From an uncultured virus (IMG/VR IMGVR_UViG_3300033144_005150) (lineage: Duplodnaviria; Heunggongvirae; Uroviricota; Caudoviricetes), in IMG/VR virus record IMGVR_UViG_3300033144_005150: a stretch of DNA of 64,000 bases. One strand, 5' to 3'. How positions within the stretch are numbered: the first letter of the stretch is position 1; every line of letters begins with the position of its first letter. Below the pieces are notes generated by a model. The model saw only the letters and a list, made by a program, of their open reading frames with translations. It searched no databases and had not been told where the DNA came from. Below, in pieces: positions 53,045-62,448 of the stretch. The position numbers and the translations under genes were made by a program.

Positions 53045-56000
53045 TGCCCGACTATTACGCAGGACGTGTCCAAGCAGTCGTCTGGGCGAACGATGCCCAG
53101 TCGTTCTATGTCATGAAGATGGCGTTGGACGGGGATGGGGATCTCGATGAGGTTGCAGCTTCGGTCACCGTGCGCGGGAACGTGCCGGGGCTCGCGGTCC
53201 AAAAAGGGACGTGGTTTGGATTCGAGGCCAAGTGGGAGAACCACGACAAGTACGGGCGTCAGCTCGCCATCCAAAAGGCCCCCGTGCTCAAGGACGGTTG
53301 GGACACCGAGACCGCGCTCAAAATGCTCGAAAGCCATGGGGTGGGTATCCGTACCTGCAACGCCCTGTACGATCACTTCGGGGACGGGTTGATGGACGCC
53401 CTCAAGGACGCCGACGAGCTCCAGAAGGTGTCGTCGATCAGCAAGTTCAGCGCGCTCCACATCGTGAGCCGCTGGCAAACCGTTCGAGCCATGTTCCAGT
53501 CGCTTGAGTTCTTGGGCGATTTGCGTCTCCCGAAGAACAAGGTCGAGCAGATCTACAGCCACTTCGGAGACGACACCGAGAAGGCCCTGTCCGAAGACCC
53601 TTGGAGTCTCGTGCAGATCGATGGGATCTCTTTCGACCAAGCAGACGAGGTGGCCAGACGCCTTGGCCTGAACCTGGCGGCGGAGACACGGCTACGAGGA
53701 GCGGCTCTGTACACCTGCAAGTCGAAGCGTGGGATGGGGCACCTGTACCTCACCTCGGGCGAACTCGTGCAGGGCATCACGTCTGCGGCTCCAGAGGTCA
53801 ATAAGAGTCAGATCGCTCATGTGCTCAAGCAGCTCCATGACGAGAACCTGATGGTGCTCGATAACAAGACGCGCCCAGGGACCATGGCGATCTACGAGCC
53901 CTGGTTCCATTCGCTTGAGGTCGAGTCGGCAGTTCTCTTGGCCGAACGCCAGGAGCAGGCCCAGTTCGATGACGAAGGCCGAGCCGAGTACCTCGAACTC
54001 CTGGGCACTGTGGGTCCCAAGAGTGAGGCAGCGGCTGAGGCTGATGGTGCGAGCCTTGCCGATGTGGCCAGGACCGCGATTTTGGAGTGGTCGGAGCACG
54101 GCAACCTCAAGCTGGCCGAGAACCAACTCAACGGAGCGGTCAACGCTCTGGTCGAGCCCGTGTCCGTTTTGACGGGGCTTCCTGGTACCGGCAAGTGCGT
54201 TGTTCCGGGCACTCTTGTTGGGAGCAGAGGACTACGTCCGATCGGCGAGTTTTTACCCGAGGATCTACCTGTGGACGACCAGAGGGACCTGGAGGTTCCT
54301 ATTGATACTAGCAAAGGAGTTCGACAGACGGGATACGTCTACAATGGAGGGGTTCAACCTACGGTTCGGTTGACGACATCCTCGGGGTACACCCTCGAAG
54401 GCACTTTTGAACATCCTATTCGGGTGGTAGAGGACGGTGCGGTTGTTTGGAAAAAGCTCGGAGACTTGGACCTGAAATCGATCCCTGTTTTGGTTCGAGG
54501 AGGTTACAGTTTTGGGGTTTCTCCTAAATTGCCTCTTTTGCGTGAAGGAGACTCAAGAGAGAAACGTTATCGGGCGCCTTCCAGGATGGGCGATAGCTTG
54601 GCACAGCTTCTGGGGTACTTGGTGTCGGAGGGTACCACCACAGATCCTAAAACGCTGACGGTGACCAACCACGACCCCCGGGTGCAACGGATCCTCAAAG
54701 ATACGATCCAACATTTGTTTGGGTACAGGGGCCGGGAGCAATATGACAGCCGCACTGATCAGGTAGTCGGTATTCGGGTGCATAGCGTTCAGCTTCGCAA
54801 GTGGTTCGGGGAAACGGGTCTCGGTTACGGAGACGCCTACGACAAAGAAGTGCCTTGGTCGATTCTTCAGGCCACCAAAGGGGAAATTCGAGCATTCCTG
54901 CGGGCACTGTTTGAAGGAGACGGATCAGTAAGCGCCGACCGTTTTTCGGTCGAGTATGGGACTCGAAGTACGCGTTTGGCAACGCAAGTACACATTCTGT
55001 TGTTGGCGTTGGGCATTGTTTCTTCTTTACGGGTGGAGCAACGCGAAAGTCATCCTTCAAAGTCGAAGGAACAGCAGGAGAAGAAACCGTGGTTTCGCAT
55101 TTCGTTATACGGGGAGGACTACGATCGTTTTCGAGATCAGATTGGTTGTGATTTCAAAGAATTTCCACCTAGAACGTCGGAGTCTAATACGAACCGACAT
55201 CTCATCTACGCCAGGGATCTCATCAATACCCTGATGGAGGAAGTCAAGCCTGCGAAGGGTCACGCTTACAACTTGTTTTACCGTTATGCCAAGGGAAAAG
55301 GGCCCCATGCGCGTCGTCCTTCCCGGACCCATTTGGAAAAACTGTTGGCAATGGCCAAGCCTTCCGAAACCACGGAGGCACTACGTTCTTTGATGCGCCC
55401 TGAGTTTTTTTACGACACGGTCCGTAGTTTGGAACACGGTGAATCGCAGGTGGTGGATTTTGGGGTCCCGGAGGGCCACGAGTTCCTTTCAAACGGTTTT
55501 ATCAGTCACAACACGACCACGCTCAAGGTCGTCGTGAAGGTCCTCCAGGACGCCAACGTGCCGTTCCTGCTCGTGGCCCCCACGGGTATTGCTGCCAAGC
55601 GTCTGACCTCTGTGACGGGCGCTGAGGCGTCCACGATCCACCGTGCGTTCGGGGCCAAGGGCATGGACACCGATAACGACCGCGAGGCGACTTACGCTGG
55701 CATCGTCGGGGCCAGTGGGGGCGCCATGACGGAGGATGGATCGAAGGAGTTCTGGAGTTACTCGTCCAAGAACCCGCACCCGGCGAAGGTCGTGATCGTG
55801 GACGAGAGCTCGATGGTGGACCAGCACCTCCTGTTCCGGTTGCTCACTTGTACGGCACGGGATTGTCGCGTGGTGTTCGTGGGGGATGCGGCCCAGCTTC
55901 CCAGCGTCGGGCCCGGAAACGTCCTGCGAGACATCATCATGTCGAAGTTTTTCCCGGTGGTCGATCTCCAGGAGATTTTCCGTCAGCACGAGGCGAGCGA

Positions 56001-56715
56001 CATCGTGATCGCGGCCCATGCCATCAACAGGGGTGACGTGCCCAAATTCGAGCATCGGTCCAAGGATTTCATCGTTGTCGAAGTCAGGAACGAGGACCGG
56101 ATTCTTGAGACGCTGACTTCGACGGTTCAGAAACTGTACGACCGTGAGACCAACTTCCAGGTCCTGAGCCCTCGACACAGCGGAACTTTGGGAGTGACGA
56201 ACTTGAATCTTCGGATTCGTGAATTGCTCAATCCCAAGGCTGCGGCGCTCAAAGAGATGAGGCTCGGTCCGGAGACTATTCGCGAGGGGGATCGCGTGAT
56301 GGTTTCCAAGAACAACTACCGGTACGAGATTTTCAATGGTGACGTAGGCAAGGTTGTTCGTCTTGATCAGAAGGCAAAGATCGTGACGTTCAAGATTCAC
56401 GGTCCTCCTACGATGCACGTCCAGATGTCGTTCAAGGATGCGCCGAAGTACCTGCGCATGGCCTACTGCGTCACGGTGCACAAGAGCCAGGGGCAGGAAT
56501 ACGACGTAATTCTGATGCCTTGGTCGAGTTCGTTCCGGCACCAGCTTCAACGGAACTTGCTGTACACGGCCATCACTCGGGCTCGTAAAAAGGTCATTTT
56601 GATCGGGCATCCCGAGGCGGTTGCAAGGGCTATCGGGAATAACAAGGTGGGTGCTCGCAACACGCTTTTTCCCGAACGGCTTGGTGAAGTTCTTGGTGAA
56701 TTAAAGGGCCCCTGA
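53041..56715 (+). CDS. recD2: RecD2-like helicase with intein
   Basis: GLPGTGK, APTG.AA, IVDESSM, GD..QL, TVHKSQG. Confidence 0.92.
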   Translation: MMPDYYAGRVQAVVWANDAQSFYVMKMALDGDGDLDEVAASVTVRGNVPGLAVQKGTWFGFEAKWENHDKYGRQLAIQKAPVLKDGWDTETALKMLESHGVGIRTCNALYDHFGDGLMDALKDADELQKVSSISKFSALHIVSRWQTVRAMFQSLEFLGDLRLPKNKVEQIYSHFGDDTEKALSEDPWSLVQIDGISFDQADEVARRLGLNLAAETRLRGAALYTCKSKRGMGHLYLTSGELVQGITSAAPEVNKSQIAHVLKQLHDENLMVLDNKTRPGTMAIYEPWFHSLEVESAVLLAERQEQAQFDDEGRAEYLELLGTVGPKSEAAAEADGASLADVARTAILEWSEHGNLKLAENQLNGAVNALVEPVSVLTGLPGTGKCVVPGTLVGSRGLRPIGEFLPEDLPVDDQRDLEVPIDTSKGVRQTGYVYNGGVQPTVRLTTSSGYTLEGTFEHPIRVVEDGAVVWKKLGDLDLKSIPVLVRGGYSFGVSPKLPLLREGDSREKRYRAPSRMGDSLAQLLGYLVSEGTTTDPKTLTVTNHDPRVQRILKDTIQHLFGYRGREQYDSRTDQVVGIRVHSVQLRKWFGETGLGYGDAYDKEVPWSILQATKGEIRAFLRALFEGDGSVSADRFSVEYGTRSTRLATQVHILLLALGIVSSLRVEQRESHPSKSKEQQEKKPWFRISLYGEDYDRFRDQIGCDFKEFPPRTSESNTNRHLIYARDLINTLMEEVKPAKGHAYNLFYRYAKGKGPHARRPSRTHLEKLLAMAKPSETTEALRSLMRPEFFYDTVRSLEHGESQVVDFGVPEGHEFLSNGFISHNTTTLKVVVKVLQDANVPFLLVAPTGIAAKRLTSVTGAEASTIHRAFGAKGMDTDNDREATYAGIVGASGGAMTEDGSKEFWSYSSKNPHPAKVVIVDESSMVDQHLLFRLLTCTARDCRVVFVGDAAQLPSVGPGNVLRDIIMSKFFPVVDLQEIFRQHEASDIVIAAHAINRGDVPKFEHRSKDFIVVEVRNEDRILETLTSTVQKLYDRETNFQVLSPRHSGTLGVTNLNLRIRELLNPKAAALKEMRLGPETIREGDRVMVSKNNYRYEIFNGDVGKVVRLDQKAKIVTFKIHGPPTMHVQMSFKDAPKYLRMAYCVTVHKSQGQEYDVILMPWSSSFRHQLQRNLLYTAITRARKKVILIGHPEAVARAIGNNKVGARNTLFPERLGEVLGELKGP
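54196..55512 (+). mobile_element. Intein with LAGLIDADG endonuclease in the RecD2 P-loop
   Basis: GTGK|CVVP...FISHN|T; LGYLVSEG and LFEGDG blocks. Confidence 0.92.
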
Positions 56716-56758
56716 AAAGGGGGTATCACTCTTGAGAGCTCACCACCGGGGCGCACCT

Positions 56759-57202
56759 ATGGCAGAAGATAAAAAGTCCAAGACCCCTCCCTCCCCTGAC
56801 GAGATCAAGGAGAAACTTCGAGCGATCCGAAAGGGGATTCGCATCACGAAGATCACCTGCACCCGTTCGGTGAAAGGTCGCAACGGCGATTCGTTCGTCG
56901 GTTTCTCGGCAGCGTGGCAGTCCGTCCAGGATGACCACAGCGGCCCTGGGGCTGACGTGATGGCCAACACCGAAGACGATGCCGTCTACGCCTCCCAGGG
57001 GCTCAGCCTCAAGGACGCCAAGCTGGCTCGATACATGCTTGCCGTGGAGTGCGACCTGGCTGCCTTGGAGTCGGCTTTGGCGAACGGATCGATAAGCCCG
57101 AACTTTTTCAAGGACTCAGTGCGAGGGGTCAGGAGCAACTACGACATGCTCGTCCTGCGCGAGATGGGAGTGGACCCGAATGAAAGCAAGCCCAGCTCCT
57201 GA
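56759..57202 (+). CDS. Hypothetical protein
   Basis: ORF track, trimmed to ATG. Confidence 0.6.
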   Translation: MAEDKKSKTPPSPDEIKEKLRAIRKGIRITKITCTRSVKGRNGDSFVGFSAAWQSVQDDHSGPGADVMANTEDDAVYASQGLSLKDAKLARYMLAVECDLAALESALANGSISPNFFKDSVRGVRSNYDMLVLREMGVDPNESKPSS

Positions 57203-58208
57203 CGCGAAGGTGATTCCCAACACCCCGCTGGTGGATCTTGAGCGTATCGCGCGTACCTACGCCGAGCTCAAGAAGATGGAGATCCGTTTGGATCCCAACC
57301 CCATCGAGTACGGGCCCAAGCGTTTCAACCATCGGATCGCCCAGGTCCGAGCCATGCTCACGCGGTTGGAGCAGATCTTCCTCCAAACCAGCGAGGACCT
57401 TCACTACTTCAAACGCATCATCTCCAAGCGCACCGCTCTGTACGAGCTTGAAAAGCGAGACCTGCTGATCAACGACCCCCAGTGTCGGAGAGGGCGCAAC
57501 CGGAAAGAGTGCGAGGACCTCGCTGACATCCAACTTCAAGAGCAGCTCGAAGTTCTCTCCAAGCTCGGGATCGCTGCCCAGGACCTCGAGGCCATGATGG
57601 TGGTCATCAAGTCCAAGCGCACGGACCTCAAGGACATCCAAGGGCGTATGCGCGACCAGATGAAGCTGATCGAGCACGACATCAGCATGGGTGCCCGTTG
57701 GGGAACCAGTACGGCGCCTCCGCTTTCGACGGCCCCAGTCACGAGCGTCAGCGAGATCGACGACATCCTGGCCAACGTGGACGCGAGCATGGGCATCATC
57801 TCTGACGGCACCGGTGCCATTCTCAACGAGGTTGGGGAAGACGAGGAGGAAGAGGAAGAGGACGGCGAAGTCGTGGAGGCCGAAGATGCGGAAGACCCCG
57901 CACCTCAAGCCGAACCCGCCCCGGAACCCGAGCCTGAGCTGGTGTTCCCCGAGCCAGAACCCGAACCGGAACTCGAACCCGTGTTGGTGTTCGGTGAGGA
58001 CGATTCAGAGCCCGAACCTGAACCTGAAATTGTGATTCCCGATGAAGAAGGGGACGCAGCTCTTCCTGAAAAGACGGCAGACCAAGGTGACGCCGACGAT
58101 TTTCTCGAATCACTTGGTGCCGCTATCGATAGTGAAACTGTGGACGCTTCGGAAGAAGGATCTGAGCAAGGTATCGATGACCTCATCGCAAGCCTATCTG
58201 AGGACTGA
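57180..58208 (+). CDS. Coiled-coil protein with acidic tail
   Basis: Helical N-terminal half; E/P-rich C-terminal half. Confidence 0.65.
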   Translation: MKASPAPDAKVIPNTPLVDLERIARTYAELKKMEIRLDPNPIEYGPKRFNHRIAQVRAMLTRLEQIFLQTSEDLHYFKRIISKRTALYELEKRDLLINDPQCRRGRNRKECEDLADIQLQEQLEVLSKLGIAAQDLEAMMVVIKSKRTDLKDIQGRMRDQMKLIEHDISMGARWGTSTAPPLSTAPVTSVSEIDDILANVDASMGIISDGTGAILNEVGEDEEEEEEDGEVVEAEDAEDPAPQAEPAPEPEPELVFPEPEPEPELEPVLVFGEDDSEPEPEPEIVIPDEEGDAALPEKTADQGDADDFLESLGAAIDSETVDASEEGSEQGIDDLIASLSED

Positions 58209-58317
58209 TTCACGGGCCCCTTCAAATGGGTAGAAGACTTGAACCTGGCATGTCTAATAGACCGGCCCTTTTCACAACACCACACCAACACCACACCAAC
58301 CGAAAACGAGAGAGAAA

Positions 58318-59073
58318 ATGAGTAACGGATTTCAAGAGTTTGGTTTTAACCAAAACGACACAGGTATCGGAGAACGCGCAAAGAAGTTCAAGGGCGAAAA
58401 GGGCAAGACCTATCGCGTTGGCTTCGCATGGTGGAACGGGATGGAGTCGGATGATTTCGACATTTCCAGCCTGATTCCTGCCGAAGGAACAGACGAGTCG
58501 GTGCTCACCCCGAAGTTCATCGGGGCGCCGCGCAACTACCACAAGGAGGCGGGGTACTTCATCAACAAGGGTCCCGAGTACACCGCGCTCGCGGGCGAGA
58601 ACCCTCGCATGATGGTGGCCACTTTGATCATTTCGTGGCCTCTGGCTCGCAATGGTCAGCCCGACAAGGAGTCGCTGTTTAGCGGGATGCCGGACGTGAT
58701 GCCCTGGATCTTTTCCCAGGACAAGTACGAGAAGCTGAAGAAGATGCACGCGAGTGGCTACTGGATGCACGATCACGACGTGCAGATCGATTGCGCAGAC
58801 ACGCAGTTCCAGAAGTTCGACTTCCTTCCGGCGAAGCAGAACATCTTCAAGGAGATGCTCAAGTCGAACAACGAAAAGGGCAAGGAGATCGCCCAGTTCA
58901 TCATCGACCGTGTTCGCCAGATGGCTCCGAACCTTCCCCGTGAGATCGGTCAGGACCTGACCCTCGATCAACTCAGGGAGAAGCTCGGCGTCAGCACCGG
59001 TGGCCCGGTCGGCAACGTCGTCTCGAGTGACGCCGACGTGGACGGTCTTCTCGGCTCCATGTTGGACGACTAG
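58318..59073 (+). CDS. Putative single-stranded DNA-binding protein
   Basis: Aromatic-rich with acidic C-terminus, in replication/recombination context. Confidence 0.45.
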   Translation: MSNGFQEFGFNQNDTGIGERAKKFKGEKGKTYRVGFAWWNGMESDDFDISSLIPAEGTDESVLTPKFIGAPRNYHKEAGYFINKGPEYTALAGENPRMMVATLIISWPLARNGQPDKESLFSGMPDVMPWIFSQDKYEKLKKMHASGYWMHDHDVQIDCADTQFQKFDFLPAKQNIFKEMLKSNNEKGKEIAQFIIDRVRQMAPNLPREIGQDLTLDQLREKLGVSTGGPVGNVVSSDADVDGLLGSMLDD

Positions 59074-59099
59074 CCATGAGGCTTTGAAGGAGGGGTGGG

Positions 59100-59795
59100 G
59101 TGATCGTTTTAGGACTCGACCCCTCCTTCACGAATTTCGGCTGGGCTATCCACGATACCGAGGCCGAAGGGAAAGCCCGGTGTACCGCACGGGGCCGTTT
59201 CCAGACGACGAAGAAGGGCTTCGTGGACGAAGTGTCGCGCTACATCTTTTTGCGGCAGTCGCTCGAAGAGCTTCTCGACACCCATCCCGAAATCGACGTG
59301 ATGGGGATCGAGCACCCCGTGATGAACGAGAACTACTCCGAGGGGATGTACGCGCTGTTCATCCAAAGCCTCATCGCCATCAAAGGCGAGTCGAAAGACC
59401 TGGTGCTCGTAGGTCCTCCGCAGCTCAAGAAGTTTGCGCGGGACAAATCGGATCTTCCTTCCGACTGGAAGATGGGCAAACAGGACATGTCCGACACTGC
59501 CCGAGATGACACCGGTGGTGGTCGCTGGGACCACAACGAAGCCGACGCGTACCACGTCGCATGTTTTGCAGGCCGCTGGTGGAAATACTACGTGGGCGAT
59601 CTCGACGACGAAGAGCTCACTCCTTACGAGCTAAAAACTTTCACCCTCATACGAACCGTCACCAAAGGCAAACGAGCCGGCCAGCTCGAAATCAAAGGAT
59701 TCCTTCATCGTGAAGGGGACCGTTTTTTCCTCTGGTCAATGACAAGCAGAAACCGCCATGCCGCCAAAAAAACCCACCGAAAAACCCGCCGCTAA
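59100..59795 (+). CDS. ruvC: RuvC-like Holliday junction resolvase
   Basis: IVLGLDPS...GW, IE, HNEADA. Confidence 0.8.
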   Translation: MIVLGLDPSFTNFGWAIHDTEAEGKARCTARGRFQTTKKGFVDEVSRYIFLRQSLEELLDTHPEIDVMGIEHPVMNENYSEGMYALFIQSLIAIKGESKDLVLVGPPQLKKFARDKSDLPSDWKMGKQDMSDTARDDTGGGRWDHNEADAYHVACFAGRWWKYYVGDLDDEELTPYELKTFTLIRTVTKGKRAGQLEIKGFLHREGDRFFLWSMTSRNRHAAKKTHRKTRR

Positions 59796-62439
59796 AAAGA
59801 CCGCCAAGAAGAAGGCTGTCGCCAAGAAGTCGGCTGTCGCCAAGAAACCGGCGGTGGCGAAGAAGAAGTCTTCCAAGAAAGCGGCCAAGAAGGGCGGCAA
59901 GAAGAAGTCCTCCAACCCGTTGGCGCAGGGACGAGCTCTCCTCAAGACGGCGTTGCAGGGAGACGATTACGTCGTCGAGCTCGACCCCAAGATGGCGAGG
60001 AAGTCGATGGAGGTGTTGTCCACAGGATCGATGGTCCTGAACCACCTCATCGGCGGCAAGCTCAACGCCCATGGTGTCGCCCCGTGCCCTGGTGTGCCTC
60101 GCGGCAAGATCCTGAATCTGTACGGTCCAGAAGGCTCCGGCAAGTGTTTGCCCGCAGACGCTTTAGTTTCGACCGATGAAGGGCTCAAAACGGTTGAGGA
60201 GATTTTTGCGGAGCATCAGTTTGGCTGCACTACAGCAAACTGGACCAAAGAGGCTGAGACCGTACTTATCAACGGGCACGGTGAACCGGAACGGACCACT
60301 CATTTCACGTCGAACGGAAAACGACCTCTTTACGGTCTGAGGACTTTCAGCGGTAAACAATTGCGGGCCACTGCAAACCACCCACATCTGGTTCTTACTT
60401 CGCGTGGGTTCTGGATCTGGAAGAAGGCGAAGGAGATCCGTGAGGGTGACGTTCTCGTATCTCAACGTAAAATCCCCGCAGGGAACTCGGGCCGCGACAA
60501 GGACTACGCGTATTTCTTGGGTCTCCTCCTTGCGGATGGTTATTTGGGAGAGCAGAGGATCTCTATCTCCAACGACGATCCTTCTGTCAAAGAGTTCCTG
60601 GAGACTAAGGTGTCGGGGTTTGGGATTGGGTTTTCAGAACCGAAGCAGTACCCGAACAACGATCCTGATCCGGGCCAAGAACCCTCAATTTCGTACCATT
60701 TCAACGCCACGGAACCTCTGGCCCGTTTTTATGAAGCGTGTGGCTGGTCCCCTGGTGTGGCCAAGGACAAACACACGGGCCCTGCCGTGCGCTGCATGGA
60801 CGCGGACAGTCTCAGGGCGGTCTTACAGGGATACTTCGACTGTGAGTGCTACATCGACGATGAGAAGGGAGAGATCGAGGTCACTTCTGCCAGCCATCGC
60901 CTCCTGCGTGAGGTGTCCCAGCTTTTGCGGGTCTTTGGGATCGTCGGGCTGATCCGGGAAAAAGAGGTTCCTAAATATCCGGACAATGATTACTGGAAGT
61001 TGGTTATCGGTGGTTCCGAGGCACGGAGTTTTGCTGAACAGATCGGTACCCGGTCGGCACGTCGTGCAGGGAAACTTGAACGCTTGCGGATTCGTGTACA
61101 TGAGATGGGCCGTAGTGGGGGCACCAATTTTGACGTGGTTCCCAACTGTGGGGGTCTCTTGCGGGACCTTTACGACGCGTCGGAGACCAGTCGTGAACTC
61201 CATGATCTGTGTGCCGACTACATGGGGGAGCGTCCGCGGGCTCGTCTTACCTATGACCGTTTGGGCCAGATCCTTCGAGCTTTCCAGGAACTGAAGTCTG
61301 ATTTCAGTCAAGGTGCCTACGACCGTCTTCATGCTATCTACACGCGTGAGTATTTTTACGACGAGGTCGTAGAAGTGGAGGAAGCGAGCGAGCCGGTCCC
61401 GACTTTCGATTTCGCCATGGCGGAAACTCATTCGTTTATCGCGGAGGGTTTTGTCACCCACAATACCACCATCGCACTCCAGACCGCAGTCGAGACGATC
61501 AGGGGTGGCGGCACCGTCTGCTACGTTGACTGGGAGCACGAGATCGTTCCCGACTACGCGATGGCGCTGGGTGTGCCGATCGGTGACGACGAGAAGTTCC
61601 TGCTCATGCAGCCTGACACGCTCGACGAAGGCATCGCTATCGTGTGGACCATGGCGACTCACGGGGTCGATCTCATCGTCCTCGACTCTGTTGGCGCTGG
61701 TGTGCCCAAGGCGTTCTTCGAGAAGAGCATCAAGGACACCGCGACCCAGGGACGCGTCGGCATGAACGCGGCTGTGTGGTCGGCGTTCCTTCCCAAGCTC
61801 AAGGGTCGCATCAACAAAACCAGGTCTGCCGTCATCGGCATCTCCCAGATGCGCGACTCCATCAACACGATGGGCTACGGGGACCAGTTCACGGTCCAGG
61901 GCGGCAAGGCGTGGAAGTATTACAGCGCCCTTCGAGTTCGTCTCAAGAAGGTCGGCACCGAGAAGGCGTCCGAGTACAGCTCTTTGTCCAACAAGACGGA
62001 CAACCGTGTCGTCGGTGCGAAGGTCCGTGCCAAACTCGACAAGTGCAAGGTCTCGGCCCAGCAGGGCAACGAGGAGGATTTCTACATCCGCTGGGGCCTC
62101 GGGGTGGACGACCTTCGTTCGCTCATCGAGATCGGGCTCGCGCACAACGTCATTCGGAAGAAGGGCGCCTGGTATCGCTGGGTGGACCTCGAGGGTGAGG
62201 AGATCGGAAAGAACGGCATGGAGAAACTCCGTGGGTTTTTCGATACCAACGCCCAGGCCCGCAAGTTGTTGGAGCGACAGGTGATGCCGTTCATGGCTGC
62301 TGGTGGGTCGGACGATGCCAACAACGAAGAGGATGAACTGGACCTGTTCGGTGCGGAGCCTTTCCAGGACGACTCCGAGCTCAAGGACATCCTTTCGTCG
62401 ATCAGCACTGTCCCCGATGACGACCCGACTGACGGGTAG
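59758..62439 (+). CDS. recA: RecA with Lys-rich N-terminal extension and intein
   Basis: GVPRGKI..LYGPEGSGK, LDSV, Q.R, GG.A.KYY...R, GAWY. Confidence 0.93.
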   Translation: MPPKKPTEKPAAKKTAKKKAVAKKSAVAKKPAVAKKKSSKKAAKKGGKKKSSNPLAQGRALLKTALQGDDYVVELDPKMARKSMEVLSTGSMVLNHLIGGKLNAHGVAPCPGVPRGKILNLYGPEGSGKCLPADALVSTDEGLKTVEEIFAEHQFGCTTANWTKEAETVLINGHGEPERTTHFTSNGKRPLYGLRTFSGKQLRATANHPHLVLTSRGFWIWKKAKEIREGDVLVSQRKIPAGNSGRDKDYAYFLGLLLADGYLGEQRISISNDDPSVKEFLETKVSGFGIGFSEPKQYPNNDPDPGQEPSISYHFNATEPLARFYEACGWSPGVAKDKHTGPAVRCMDADSLRAVLQGYFDCECYIDDEKGEIEVTSASHRLLREVSQLLRVFGIVGLIREKEVPKYPDNDYWKLVIGGSEARSFAEQIGTRSARRAGKLERLRIRVHEMGRSGGTNFDVVPNCGGLLRDLYDASETSRELHDLCADYMGERPRARLTYDRLGQILRAFQELKSDFSQGAYDRLHAIYTREYFYDEVVEVEEASEPVPTFDFAMAETHSFIAEGFVTHNTTIALQTAVETIRGGGTVCYVDWEHEIVPDYAMALGVPIGDDEKFLLMQPDTLDEGIAIVWTMATHGVDLIVLDSVGAGVPKAFFEKSIKDTATQGRVGMNAAVWSAFLPKLKGRINKTRSAVIGISQMRDSINTMGYGDQFTVQGGKAWKYYSALRVRLKKVGTEKASEYSSLSNKTDNRVVGAKVRAKLDKCKVSAQQGNEEDFYIRWGLGVDDLRSLIEIGLAHNVIRKKGAWYRWVDLEGEEIGKNGMEKLRGFFDTNAQARKLLERQVMPFMAAGGSDDANNEEDELDLFGAEPFQDDSELKDILSSISTVPDDDPTDG
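60145..61464 (+). mobile_element. Intein with LAGLIDADG endonuclease in the RecA P-loop
   Basis: GSGK|CLPA...FVTHN|T; LGLLLADG block. Confidence 0.92.
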
Positions 62440-62448
62440 AGTGCCTTC

